A stretch of 64,000 nt of DNA from an uncultured Bacteroidota bacterium (lineage in GTDB: Bacteria > CLD3 > SB21), in contig CAZLWA010000043.1 of NCBI GenBank assembly GCA_964563165.1, positions 9,372-73,371 of the forward strand, read 5' to 3'. This document shows positions 1-9,554 of the stretch, in pieces (positions within the stretch are counted from its first letter, which is position 1; each line of letters begins with the position of its first letter). The notes beneath the pieces were generated by a model. That model did not search any database and had not been told where the DNA came from. It saw only the letters and a program-made list of their open reading frames with translations. The position numbers were made by a program, and so were the translations under genes.

Positions 1-390
1 GCCGTCCATGAAATCAAAAACGGTACGCATCTGATCCTGCGTGAGAAAACTCGGAACGGGCTTTTCAAATTTAGGTGTCGCGATCAATTTAGCCGGGCTG
101 GTCTTGATGATCTGCTGCTTCACCAGGTATCGGCAAAAAGACTTGATGGAGGAAAGCTTCCGTGCGAGACTTTTCTTTTGAATGCCGCGGCGCACGGTGG
201 CGCTTAAAAACGCGCGAATCTCATTCTTTGAAATGTCGCTTGGCGCAAAAGTCCGGCTGTCAAATCGCTTTTCAACGAAAAGAATAAATTCCTCCAAATC
301 GGATTGATACGCAAGAGTTGTTTTGGGGGAGTAATTTTTTTCGGCGTCCAGGTAACGGAGATAACGGTCAAGTTCGGGGCGAATCGTCAT
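1..390 (-). CDS. xerC: Tyrosine recombinase XerC/XerD family, N-terminal part (truncated by window edge)
   Basis: Not in ORF track (no stop inside the window). Manual translation from ATG at 390: MTIRPELDRYLRYLDAEKNYSPKTTLAYQSDLEEF...SLARKLSSIKSFCRYLVKQQIIKTSPAKLIATPKFEKPVPSFLT, a typical XerC SAM-like N-domain and linker. xerC versus xerD is not certain from the N-domain alone. Confidence 0.85.
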   Translation of the reverse strand, partial: MTIRPELDRYLRYLDAEKNYSPKTTLAYQSDLEEFILFVEKRFDSRTFAPSDISKNEIRAFLSATVRRGIQKKSLARKLSSIKSFCRYLVKQQIIKTSPAKLIATPKFEKPVPSFLTQDQMRTVFDFMDG

Positions 391-471
391 AAAGCGCTGT
401 GTCATAGTGGGCAGGTTGAAAAAGCTGTATTAAGGTACCAAATTTCGAGTGTTAAGTCAAGCTCGCGTAAA

Positions 472-918
472 TTATTTTCCTGTTTCCAGAACTTCAATCG
501 TGACCTCTGCGGTTCCCGTTCCCAGCATATCAAGCTGTTTGGCAGCGGCCAGTGAGACGTCAATGATCCGGTTCTTGACAAACGGCCCGCGATCGTTGAT
601 ACGTAAAGTTACGGATTTGCTGTTCTTCACATTCGTGACCGTAACCCGGGTTCCGAACGGCAGGGTTGGGTGCGCGGCGGTAAACGCATTCATATTGTAA
701 GTCTCACCATTGGAAGTTTTCCTTCCGTGAAATTTATCAGCGTAGTACGAAGCGACGCCCGATTGAATATTCGAACGGGTCTTATTTTTATATTTCTTTG
801 TCTCAGCGCCTTCATGTTTTGAAGTGTAGAGAACCTGCGGGGTGCAGGATCCAAGCAAACACGTGATGAAAAAAAGCACGGATAGATTATTGCTGATCGT
901 CTTTCTTTTCAACGTCAT
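472..918 (-). CDS. rlpA: Septal ring lytic transglycosylase RlpA family lipoprotein
   Basis: Lipobox LLGSC; GVASYYADKFHGRKTSNGE..AAHPTLPFGT..INDRGPF..RIIDVS motifs; AGGAGG Shine-Dalgarno 3-4 nt before ATG, inside the 3' end of the upstream TPR gene. Confidence 0.95.
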   Translation of the reverse strand: MTLKRKTISNNLSVLFFITCLLGSCTPQVLYTSKHEGAETKKYKNKTRSNIQSGVASYYADKFHGRKTSNGETYNMNAFTAAHPTLPFGTRVTVTNVKNSKSVTLRINDRGPFVKNRIIDVSLAAAKQLDMLGTGTAEVTIEVLETGK

Positions 919-3466
919 CGGCCTCCTTCTTATCCTTAAATTCTTCCCTTTTGCGTTTCTTATCCTTGTCAGATTTTTTCGGCATCAGACCTTTCATGAA
1001 TTCCTGCATTCTGATCGCCGTACTGTCGTCCATCGCAGGTTTTGAGGATTTTATCAGCAATTTGTTGTCGGACCGGTGCCGCGTCGAATCCGACGCGCCG
1101 CTCAAAGACGCAGAGTCGAGTTGTTTAAGCGAACCTGTTTTCATTTCAGCCCTGGTGATAGAAACATAACTCGTGTCTATCCAATTCATCAGCGAATCTG
1201 ACGAAATTTGCTTCCGCTGAATGTAAGCATCCACTTTGGGTCTGACAAGCCTGGACCATTCGGAATTAGGTGCCGCATAGGTCAGGGTGTGGTACAGACG
1301 AAACGCCTGCGGATAATCGGCCAATTTATTCTCATACAGAAGGCCCATAGCATACAGAGCCGAAAGCTTGAAGCGTGAAGCATTATCATGCGCAACGGTT
1401 CGATACCAGCGGAGGGCCTCGGCAACATCACCGTCTTTGATAAGACTTTTCTCCGCCTGTTCAAACCGGTATTGAGAGCTGTCCGTGATGGGTTCATCCA
1501 GGCTCAGGAACTGTCTGCCAACCCTCGCTAATTTTCCGTCAGGAAACTTAGTAAGCGCGTGTTGATAAAACCGGAGGTAATCCGGATTATTTTTCTTTTG
1601 CTCAAAACGCGCCAAGGCGTACAGCGCCAATTCCTGTGATGCGTTATTGGGAAATTTATCTGTAACGGCTTGATAATAGAATTGAGCCGAATCGTATTCA
1701 TTGAGATCATAAAAATAATCCGCCAGCGCAATGTAATCTTCCGCGATTTGGTCAAGAAATAACCCTTCCTTTTTCTTCAACGTATCTCTATCGCTCAGGC
1801 GGTCGATTTCACTCATTTGAAGCTCAACGGAAGACAATTTGGTTATTAGATCGGAATTGACAATTTTCACATCGGCGAACTCATCTTTCGTTTTGTCTTC
1901 TTTTTCAACCGGGCCGATTCGCTTCGATACCATTTGTTCGATGGAATCCTTCTGCGTCCATAATTGCGATTGAAGAATAACGGCTTTCGTCGAATCATCA
2001 TTGCTCAATAGATCCGTCCGCAGACTGCCGGTCTTTTTTGTCTTTGAACCGAGAGAATCGATCTTAGCTCCTCTTAACGTATCGATCGGCGTGATATTTT
2101 GAGTCACACTGTTTACATCTATCGCATGGTGAGTTTTCTTCGCCTTAAGGAAGGATTGCTGCATACGCTTTTCCTCGATCTCGTTTCGAATTGAATCCTG
2201 CCGGAATTCTCCCCAGACATCCCAAGCCGGGATCGCGCGATCCGGATCGGCCGACTTCAAGCGAATCCTGTTCAGTACCTCCCCGTCGGCCTTTATGGCA
2301 CCTTTGAGGAAATCGACTCGCATCAGATAATCATACCGTGCCGACGCAACAGAAAACAAGTCCGAAGTTGGAAATTTTGTTTTTACAAGATAATAATATT
2401 TTTTGGCGACATGGAGACTCGGCTGGAATCCGTCCGGATACAACACGGCCGGGGCGTCGTTTATCAGGCCTAGAAAATAATAGGCGTCATCCGTAACATT
2501 GGGATTTTTATAATTGGAAATAACATAATTGAATTGGTCGGCGGCATCCTGACGCTTTCCTTTCAGGCGCAGCACATCGGCAATTTCAAACTCGGCCCTG
2601 ATGTAATAACTCTTGTAACGCAGGTCACTGATCATGTCATCTAAAAGATCCAGGGCTTTATCGTATTGTCCTTCGAGTTTCAGCGCGCGCGCTTTCATTA
2701 AGAGTATGTCAAAACGATCGCTGAAATTCGGATCGGTTTTTTCTAACGCGTCAAAATATTCCTCCGCCAATTTGTAATCTTTGAGTTTGAAATAGCAGTA
2801 AGCGGTCTTAAATATCGCGTGCTGTTTGAGAACCTTTTCGGACGCGGTTGCGGATGCCTTCGCATAATAGCCTGAGGCGGTCTTGTAATTGAGTTCGTTA
2901 GCAGAAATATCACCGAGATAAATTAACGATTCGGATTGGATATCGTTATCTGCGGTGAAAGAAGGAATCTCAAGAAAAGTCTTTGCGGCCTGATCATCCA
3001 GATGCAATTTCAAAAGCGTCTTTCCATACCACAACTTGGCTTCGGCTAAGTATTTACTGTCAGGAAAACGAATCAGAAAAACCTCGAGCCGGTTTTGGGC
3101 GTCGTAATAGTCATTACCCGATGCCCGCATGTAATAGGCCTTACCCAGAAGCAATATCGCATTTTCAACCCAGCCGCTTTGCGGATGCAGCGCGACCACT
3201 TTATTGGCTTTTTCTATCGCGATGTCAAAAAATTGTTTGCCTTCGGCGGCGGCGCTTTTCCGCTCCAACGAAAACCGGTCGAAAGGAATCTCTCCCGTAC
3301 TCACATTTTGTTCCCGGGCTTGTTCTCTGTTTTGCCTGAGGCTTTGAACCCCGTTTTCATAGGCCCTGCGCGCATTATAATACGTGTTAAAAAAAGCGCA
3401 GCCTGAAAACGCGGAGGATAGAAGCAGCGCAAGAAATAAGTGTTGGATCGGCTTGGTCTTCGGCAT
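887..3466 (-). CDS. Large TPR-repeat outer-membrane lipoprotein (BamD-like repeats; possibly PorW/SprE-like)
   Basis: 859 aa; lipobox AFSGC; N-terminal FFNTYYNA; many TPR-like units (AILLLGKAYY, AKLWYGKTLL, AIFKTAYCYF, AYYFLGLI, ALYAMGLLY); Lys/Asp-rich tail. Confidence 0.75.
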   Translation of the reverse strand: MPKTKPIQHLFLALLLSSAFSGCAFFNTYYNARRAYENGVQSLRQNREQAREQNVSTGEIPFDRFSLERKSAAAEGKQFFDIAIEKANKVVALHPQSGWVENAILLLGKAYYMRASGNDYYDAQNRLEVFLIRFPDSKYLAEAKLWYGKTLLKLHLDDQAAKTFLEIPSFTADNDIQSESLIYLGDISANELNYKTASGYYAKASATASEKVLKQHAIFKTAYCYFKLKDYKLAEEYFDALEKTDPNFSDRFDILLMKARALKLEGQYDKALDLLDDMISDLRYKSYYIRAEFEIADVLRLKGKRQDAADQFNYVISNYKNPNVTDDAYYFLGLINDAPAVLYPDGFQPSLHVAKKYYYLVKTKFPTSDLFSVASARYDYLMRVDFLKGAIKADGEVLNRIRLKSADPDRAIPAWDVWGEFRQDSIRNEIEEKRMQQSFLKAKKTHHAIDVNSVTQNITPIDTLRGAKIDSLGSKTKKTGSLRTDLLSNDDSTKAVILQSQLWTQKDSIEQMVSKRIGPVEKEDKTKDEFADVKIVNSDLITKLSSVELQMSEIDRLSDRDTLKKKEGLFLDQIAEDYIALADYFYDLNEYDSAQFYYQAVTDKFPNNASQELALYALARFEQKKNNPDYLRFYQHALTKFPDGKLARVGRQFLSLDEPITDSSQYRFEQAEKSLIKDGDVAEALRWYRTVAHDNASRFKLSALYAMGLLYENKLADYPQAFRLYHTLTYAAPNSEWSRLVRPKVDAYIQRKQISSDSLMNWIDTSYVSITRAEMKTGSLKQLDSASLSGASDSTRHRSDNKLLIKSSKPAMDDSTAIRMQEFMKGLMPKKSDKDKKRKREEFKDKKEADDVEKKDDQQ

Positions 3467-3473
3467 AAAGGTC

Positions 3474-4232
3474 CTATAAAGTGATCTTCAATCCGTCGTA
3501 GGCCAGGGCCATGCGTTCCGGCAATAGTTTTGAAGCAGATCCATGTTCGATATCATGGGACATATGCGTGAAATAGACTTGTTTGACGTTCAGCCGTTTT
3601 GCGGTTTCGACCGCCTGATCGAAATTAAAATGCGTAGGATGGGATCTAAACCGCAGGCAATCCAGGACGACGACTTCCGCGCCTGAAAATTTACTCCATG
3701 AACTTTCGGGAATCAAACTGCAATCGGTCGCGTAAACAAAATTGCCGATACGGTATGCGAAAATAGGCTGAGAACCATGCATGATTTCAATGGGAAGAAT
3801 GGAATTGCCGAAGAGTTCAAACGATGAGTTAACGGCAATAAATTCGATCATAGGAATTCCGCCTGGAATTTCCGGATATTCAAAAATGTAGGAAAATATG
3901 TGTCGAAGTTTACCGATCGTATCGGGGCTTCCATAACAACTCATCTTTTTGTTCTGGATTTTATTGAATACGCGGGTGTCGTCCAAACCGAAAATATGAT
4001 CCGCATGATGATGCGTGAATAGGATCGCGTCCAGATGGTGAATGCGGTAGCGCAGGCACTGCTGACGAAAATCCGAGGACGTATCAATGAGAATATTTGT
4101 TTTTTCAATCGTGACTAAGATTGACGGACGAAGCCGATTATTTTTAAGATCCGTGGAAACACACGTCGCGCAAGAACATCCGATGACAGGAATACCATGC
4201 GAAGTGCCGGTTCCGAGAAAAAGTATTTCCAT
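3474..4232 (-). CDS. MBL-fold metallo-hydrolase (PhnP-like phosphodiesterase family)
   Basis: GTGTSHGIPVIGCSCATC, THHHADHIFGLDD, HPTHF, FTHMSH motifs. Confidence 0.9.
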   Translation of the reverse strand: MEILFLGTGTSHGIPVIGCSCATCVSTDLKNNRLRPSILVTIEKTNILIDTSSDFRQQCLRYRIHHLDAILFTHHHADHIFGLDDTRVFNKIQNKKMSCYGSPDTIGKLRHIFSYIFEYPEIPGGIPMIEFIAVNSSFELFGNSILPIEIMHGSQPIFAYRIGNFVYATDCSLIPESSWSKFSGAEVVVLDCLRFRSHPTHFNFDQAVETAKRLNVKQVYFTHMSHDIEHGSASKLLPERMALAYDGLKITL

Positions 4233-4256
4233 TCTAATTAGGATTTCCGAATTGAA

Positions 4257-6563
4257 TCATTTTGGCAACAGACTGCCGCCGTCCACTCGCGTCGCGCTGA
4301 TGACGCTCTGCACTTTCCGCAATTTATCCAAAATCGCATGAAGATGAGCGATGTTCCGTACCTGAATGATGAACATGTTGACCGTTTCGGTGCCCGATGT
4401 TTTGACTTCCGCACTCACAATATTGGTATCGGCGGCGGAGATCTTTTGAGTAATGTCATTGAGAAAATTTTTGCGATCGTACCCGACAATTTTGATTTGC
4501 ACGGTAAAGTTTTTCGAGTCATCAACCTCCCACCTGGTTTGTACCGCACGTTCGGGTTCTTTGCGAAGCGCCTCGATGATATTGATGCAGTCTTTTCGAT
4601 GCACATTGATGCCGCGCCCCCGCGTGACGTATCCCAAGATACCATCCCCCGGTATCGGATTGCAGCATCGCGCAAAATGGATCATCAAATTATCCATCCC
4701 GTTGATGATAATGCTCTTGGATTCGGCTCCCCCGCGTTTGATGAGCCGTTTGAAAAATGAACTTTCTTGAGGAACTTTATCTGTGGTAATAATTTTAGAA
4801 ACCATTTTTTGAGCCACGCTTTGCGCCGATACATTGCCTCGGCCGATAGAAGAGAGGAGCATATTGGAATCGTCAAAGCCCAGCTCATGAGCAATTTTCT
4901 TGAATTCTTCATGCATTTCCGGAGTGGGTTTTTTAGGCGCTAAGTTCTTAACTTCCTGCTCAAGAAGATTTTCTCCCAGCGCTATACTTTGCTCTAATTC
5001 AGTGTTGCGGAAATAACGTTTAATATGGCTCTTCGCTTTGGAGGTCTTTACAATTTCCAGCCAATGTTGACTGGGCGTTTGCGGTTCCGACGTGAGAACT
5101 TCCACCAAATCACCGCTGGCTAATTCACTGTGGAGAGGAACGATCTTTCCATTCACTTTTCCTCCGATGCAATGCAGACCGACTTCCGAGTGAACGGCGA
5201 AGGCAAAATCAATCGGCGTGGCGCCTTTCGGCAGACTTATCAAATCGCCTTTCGGCGTGAAAACGAACACTTCATCCTGAAAGAGGTCAATTTTCAAGTC
5301 TTCAAGAAATTCTCCGGGGTCGTTGCTTTCCTTTTGCCGATCAATCAGCTGGCGGATCCATCCGATCTGCCGATCCAGATTATCCATCTGCAATTTGCCT
5401 TCTTTGTAGAGCCAATGTGCGGCAATACCTTCTTCGGCAATGTGGTGCATTTCACGTGTGCGAATCTGAATTTCCACCATCTTGCCGTCCGGGCCGATGA
5501 CGGTCGTGTGGATGGACTGATACCCGTTGATTTTTGGAACGGCGATATAATCTTTGAATCGTTCGGTAACGGGCGTGTACGTACTGTGAACCACGCCGAG
5601 GGCCTTATAACAATCCACTTTTTCGTTCACGATAATCCGAATGGCAAGCAGATCGTAAATCTCATGGAACGGCTTATTGCGTCTTTTCATTTTATTATAG
5701 ACGCTGAAGAAATGCTTGGCACGGCCGATGATCTGGGATTCGATTTCCGTCTCTTTTAATTTTTCACGAAGCGGCCGGGCAATTTTCTCGATATACGTTT
5801 GACGTTCCTCGCGCCTTTCCGCGATGAGCCGCGACAATTCCCAGTAGGCACCCGGGTCAAGTGTTTTCAGGACAAGATCTTCCAGTTCCCAACGAATACG
5901 CGCCATTCCGAAGCGGTGCGCGAGCGGAGCATAAACGTCCCGCGTCTCGATCGCAATGCGCTCTTGTTTCTTCACCGGAAGAAAGTCAATGGTCCGCATA
6001 TTGTGAAGCCGGTCGGCGAATTTGATGATGATGACGCGAATATCCTTGACCATCGAGAGCAGCATTTTGCGATAATTTTCTGCCTGCTTTATTTCCAAAC
6101 TTCCGAATTCGAATCCGCCGATCTTGGTCAAGCCGTCCACAAGATTTGCGACATCGCCGCCGAATTTTATTTTGAGCTCGTCAAAGGTCTTATCTGTGTC
6201 TTCGATCACGTCATGCAAAAAGGCTGCAATGAGCGTGGTTACATCCATATTCTGTTCGACCAGGATCTGAACGACTTCAATGATGTGATCGAAATAGGGA
6301 AGCCCGGATTTTCGAAATTGACCTTCGTGGGACCGGTAACTGTATTGATACGCTTCCCGGAGTGAGGCAACGTCGCTGTTTTTTGAATAGGTCTTATAAT
6401 GTCTTTCAATTCCGCGGAATTTTTTGTCATAATAAGTTTTGTCGCGGGTAACGGGCGGTGTTTTTTCATCGACGTTCTTTTCCATGACCGCTTCGGAAGC
6501 CGGTTTAACTTCCGCCTCAGCGCGCAAAACTTCTGCAGGATTATTTTGTTGAGTGTCTAACAT
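4257..6563 (-). CDS. rel: Bifunctional (p)ppGpp synthetase/hydrolase (RelA/SpoT, long RSH)
   Basis: Intact HDVIED hydrolase motif, RFKD synthetase motif, EIQIRT, TGS domain (TPIDFAFAVHSEVG), CCNPIPGD and C-terminal ACT domain. Confidence 0.97.
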   Translation of the reverse strand: MLDTQQNNPAEVLRAEAEVKPASEAVMEKNVDEKTPPVTRDKTYYDKKFRGIERHYKTYSKNSDVASLREAYQYSYRSHEGQFRKSGLPYFDHIIEVVQILVEQNMDVTTLIAAFLHDVIEDTDKTFDELKIKFGGDVANLVDGLTKIGGFEFGSLEIKQAENYRKMLLSMVKDIRVIIIKFADRLHNMRTIDFLPVKKQERIAIETRDVYAPLAHRFGMARIRWELEDLVLKTLDPGAYWELSRLIAERREERQTYIEKIARPLREKLKETEIESQIIGRAKHFFSVYNKMKRRNKPFHEIYDLLAIRIIVNEKVDCYKALGVVHSTYTPVTERFKDYIAVPKINGYQSIHTTVIGPDGKMVEIQIRTREMHHIAEEGIAAHWLYKEGKLQMDNLDRQIGWIRQLIDRQKESNDPGEFLEDLKIDLFQDEVFVFTPKGDLISLPKGATPIDFAFAVHSEVGLHCIGGKVNGKIVPLHSELASGDLVEVLTSEPQTPSQHWLEIVKTSKAKSHIKRYFRNTELEQSIALGENLLEQEVKNLAPKKPTPEMHEEFKKIAHELGFDDSNMLLSSIGRGNVSAQSVAQKMVSKIITTDKVPQESSFFKRLIKRGGAESKSIIINGMDNLMIHFARCCNPIPGDGILGYVTRGRGINVHRKDCINIIEALRKEPERAVQTRWEVDDSKNFTVQIKIVGYDRKNFLNDITQKISAADTNIVSAEVKTSGTETVNMFIIQVRNIAHLHAILDKLRKVQSVISATRVDGGSLLPK

Positions 6564-6867
6564 GAATTTTTCAAACGGGCCTACTGAAAAACAACGGAAT
6601 GATACTTAATTAAACGTTCCCCAAAACCGGATATTCCTTAAATTTTTCCGACTATTTTCAAACATCGGATGTATAATGCATTGCCGCCGTAAGCAGATTG
6701 ACCAAGCGGCAGAAATGCAGCTATTTCTTAACTTACTATTCAATTAATATATTGAATGAGGCGTCTTTTCACAAGGATTTTCTGGAATATTCCGCTTGCT
6801 TCGCGGTTTAAAAGTTAGTACCATGGCTGCTGTAATTAAGAAATAAGTTTTTCGGAGGAATGGATCC

Positions 6868-8700
6868 ATGTGCGGAATTATAGGCTACGTCGGTAAACGT
6901 GCGGCGCTTCCCATTATCATGACCGGTTTAAAGCGAATGGAATATCGGGGCTACGATTCCGCCGGTATTGCGGTCATAGAAAGTGGAAAACTGGAAATCC
7001 GAAAGCAAGCGGGCAAGTTGAGCGAATTAGAAAGAGAGCTGGAGGGCGTGAGTTTTGAGGGAACTATCGGGATCGGCCACACGCGCTGGGCCACGCACGG
7101 CGCCCCCAATCAGATCAACGCGCATCCGCACGTCGGCGAAAGCGGCGGCATTGCCATTATTCACAACGGCATCATCGAAAATTATTCCGCGTTGAAAATA
7201 GAATTACAGAAAAAAGGACATACCTTCCATACCGAAACGGACACGGAGACCGTCGTTCATTTGATCGAGGAATTCTACGAAAGTTCTCACGATTTTGAAA
7301 TTGCCGTACGGGAAGCGTTGTATTGCGTGAAAGGGACGTACGGATTTGTGGTCATCAATGCAAAAGAACCGGATAAGCTGATCGTGGCGCGTCACGGAAG
7401 CCCGTTGGTGTTGGGTTTCGGGGACGATGAATTTTTTGTTGCCTCGGACGCGTCGGCGATCGTTGCCCACACGCGGCAAGTCATGTATTTGGGAGACGGT
7501 GAAATGGCGGTCATTTCACGGGACGGTATTGAAACTAAAACGATCGACAATCAGCCGGTCGTCAAGAAAGTCGAAGAGATCACGTTCGATATCAGTCAGA
7601 TCGAAAAAGGCGGTTATGCGCATTTCATGCTCAAAGAAATTTTCGAGCAGCCGGACACGATCATTGACGCGATGCGCGGACGGCTGGTCATGGAAGAAGG
7701 TATGGTTCGGCTCGGCGGCCTTACGCATCATCTGGAAACGCTTGCAAAGGCGAAAAAAATCATCTTCATTGCCTGCGGAACATCCTGGCATGCGGCGTTG
7801 GTCGGAGAATATATGATCGAGGAGTTTGCGCGTATCAATGTGGAAGTGGAATACGCTTCGGAATTTCGCTATCGGAACCCGATCCTGGAAGAAAATACGG
7901 TCGTTGTGGTTATCAGCCAGTCCGGAGAGACCGCTGACACGCTGGCCGCGATGCGCGAAGCGAAACTGCGCGGTGCGACGGTTCTCGGCATCTGCAACGT
8001 AGTCGGAAGTACGATCGCCCGTGAATCGGACGGCGGCGTATATACGCATGCCGGCCCCGAGATCGGAGTTGCCTCGACAAAAGCTTTTACTTCCCAACTG
8101 ACCGTCATTGCGCTCCTGACCGTGCTCCTCGCGCGATTGCGCAACATGTCGGCGGTGGAAGGAAAACAAATTTTGGGTGAACTCCAGTCCCTGCCGGAAA
8201 AAGTCAGAACGATATTGAAGAGCAGCGACTACATCCGGGAAATTGCCGAAAAGTATATCGATAAAAGAAACTTCCTGTATCTTGGACGCGGGTACAATTT
8301 TCCTGTGGCGCTCGAAGGCGCTCTGAAATTAAAAGAAATCTCTTACATCCATGCCGAAGGCTATCCGGCGGCGGAAATGAAACACGGCCCGATCGCCTTA
8401 ATTGACGAGGATATGCCTATCGTTTTCATTGCGCCGAAAGATGCGATCTACGACAAAGTCATCAGTAATCTGGAAGAAGTTCGCGCGCGCGGGGGGAGGG
8501 TGATCGTGATTACGACCGAGGGCAACCATGAGATCAAGAACAAAGCCGATCACGTCATATTCATTCCGAAAACACAGGATTTTCTGATCCCGATCTTGTC
8601 CGTGATCCCGCTGCAATTGCTTTCGTATCACATGGCGGTGGTGCGCGGCTGCAATGTGGACCAGCCGAGAAATCTGGCGAAGAGCGTCACGGTGGAATAA
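6868..8700 (+). CDS. glmS: Glutamine-fructose-6-phosphate transaminase (isomerizing)
   Basis: MCGIIG N-terminus, GHTRWATHG, SQSGETADT, C-terminal PRNLAKSVTVE; GGAGG SD. Confidence 0.99.
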   Translation: MCGIIGYVGKRAALPIIMTGLKRMEYRGYDSAGIAVIESGKLEIRKQAGKLSELERELEGVSFEGTIGIGHTRWATHGAPNQINAHPHVGESGGIAIIHNGIIENYSALKIELQKKGHTFHTETDTETVVHLIEEFYESSHDFEIAVREALYCVKGTYGFVVINAKEPDKLIVARHGSPLVLGFGDDEFFVASDASAIVAHTRQVMYLGDGEMAVISRDGIETKTIDNQPVVKKVEEITFDISQIEKGGYAHFMLKEIFEQPDTIIDAMRGRLVMEEGMVRLGGLTHHLETLAKAKKIIFIACGTSWHAALVGEYMIEEFARINVEVEYASEFRYRNPILEENTVVVVISQSGETADTLAAMREAKLRGATVLGICNVVGSTIARESDGGVYTHAGPEIGVASTKAFTSQLTVIALLTVLLARLRNMSAVEGKQILGELQSLPEKVRTILKSSDYIREIAEKYIDKRNFLYLGRGYNFPVALEGALKLKEISYIHAEGYPAAEMKHGPIALIDEDMPIVFIAPKDAIYDKVISNLEEVRARGGRVIVITTEGNHEIKNKADHVIFIPKTQDFLIPILSVIPLQLLSYHMAVVRGCNVDQPRNLAKSVTVE

Positions 8701-8705
8701 AAAAA

Positions 8706-8811
8706 CAAAATACAAATACCAAATAACAAATAAATCTCAAAGAGCCGAAATCCAAATTCGATATTGGAATTTGGTTTTTATTTGCAATTTGGTATTTGTA
8801 TTTTGGAATTT
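8706..8811. repeat. Long inverted repeat built from AT-rich 7-bp units; probable bidirectional terminator between glmS and the ZIP gene
   Basis: Perfect 19-bp arms CAAAATACAAATACCAAAT (8706-8724) and ATTTGGTATTTGTATTTTG (8787-8805); inner 8-bp stem CCAAATTC (8752-8759) / GAATTTGG (8767-8774); lies between convergent stop codons. Confidence 0.8.
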
Positions 8812-8816
8812 TCGAC

Positions 8817-9551
8817 TTAGTGGCGAACCACGAGTGAGCTCACCCAAAATAACCCGACTCCGAGAAAAACTACCAGCGGCATCCACCGCTCCTTCGAATC
8901 ATTAATACGGGGAATCAGATCTGTCGTGGCTACATGGATAAACGTTCCGGCGGAAACGCTGAGCGCAAAGTCCTTGACCGGCCATTGCTCCATATTGAAA
9001 GAATAGATTAGCGCCGTTCCCAACAGCGACGACAGCGCGAGCAGGATCGTTCCGATGACGCCGTGTCTTCTCCGGTGATGCGAGGCGAACATGATCGATG
9101 AGATCGTGAATCCTTCCGGCAATTTGTGCAAAAGCGTTCCGACAAAAATAACTAAACCGATCTGATAGCCGGTCAGCATGCCCGATCCGATGGCGACGCC
9201 GCTGAAAAAATTATGAACCATGAGCCCGATCAGCGCGCTGGTGCTGACGGTATTTGAGATCAGGTGGGTATGCGTTTCCTCTCCAAAATGAAAATGCGGC
9301 GTGACGACGTGTTCAAACAAATGAACGATCAAATAGCCGAAGATCACAAACGTCATGGAGTAAGGGGAGGAGGCGAAGGCTTCGGGGATCATGTCCAAAA
9401 GGGCTACGGCAAGAATAAATCCGGCGCCCAGAGCGATGAAAAAATCTAAATGGCTGGATTCCCAGTTTTTTTTTGAAGCGAAGATCCACCCGCCCAAAAT
9501 AATAGTCAAACCCGACAGCAGGCTGAAAACAAGCGACCATCCTAAATTCAT
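8817..9551 (-). CDS. ZIP family divalent metal transporter
   Basis: Hydrophobic helices; HFHFGEETHTH loop, HNFFSGVAIG, LHKLPEG motifs. Confidence 0.92.
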   Translation of the reverse strand: MNLGWSLVFSLLSGLTIILGGWIFASKKNWESSHLDFFIALGAGFILAVALLDMIPEAFASSPYSMTFVIFGYLIVHLFEHVVTPHFHFGEETHTHLISNTVSTSALIGLMVHNFFSGVAIGSGMLTGYQIGLVIFVGTLLHKLPEGFTISSIMFASHHRRRHGVIGTILLALSSLLGTALIYSFNMEQWPVKDFALSVSAGTFIHVATTDLIPRINDSKERWMPLVVFLGVGLFWVSSLVVRH

Positions 9552-9554
9552 TTT

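Noticed and set aside
1-390. Tyrosine recombinase as a marker of an integrated element
   Set aside because: Sequence and context match housekeeping XerC/D; no att sites or mobile genes seen.
5130-6365. Long + strand ORFs (209 and 188 aa) opposite rel
   Set aside because: Antisense shadows of a conserved gene; no recognisable motifs.
6564-6867. Possible glmS ribozyme upstream of glmS
   Set aside because: The conserved core (AGCGCC...GACGAGG) is not present; only a weak hairpin near 6677-6719.
7516-8169. 217-aa ORF opposite glmS (similar shadow ORFs at 9925-10506, 16022-16651, 53687-54307, 61530-62132)
   Set aside because: Each lies almost wholly antisense to a well-supported gene and has non-protein-like composition.
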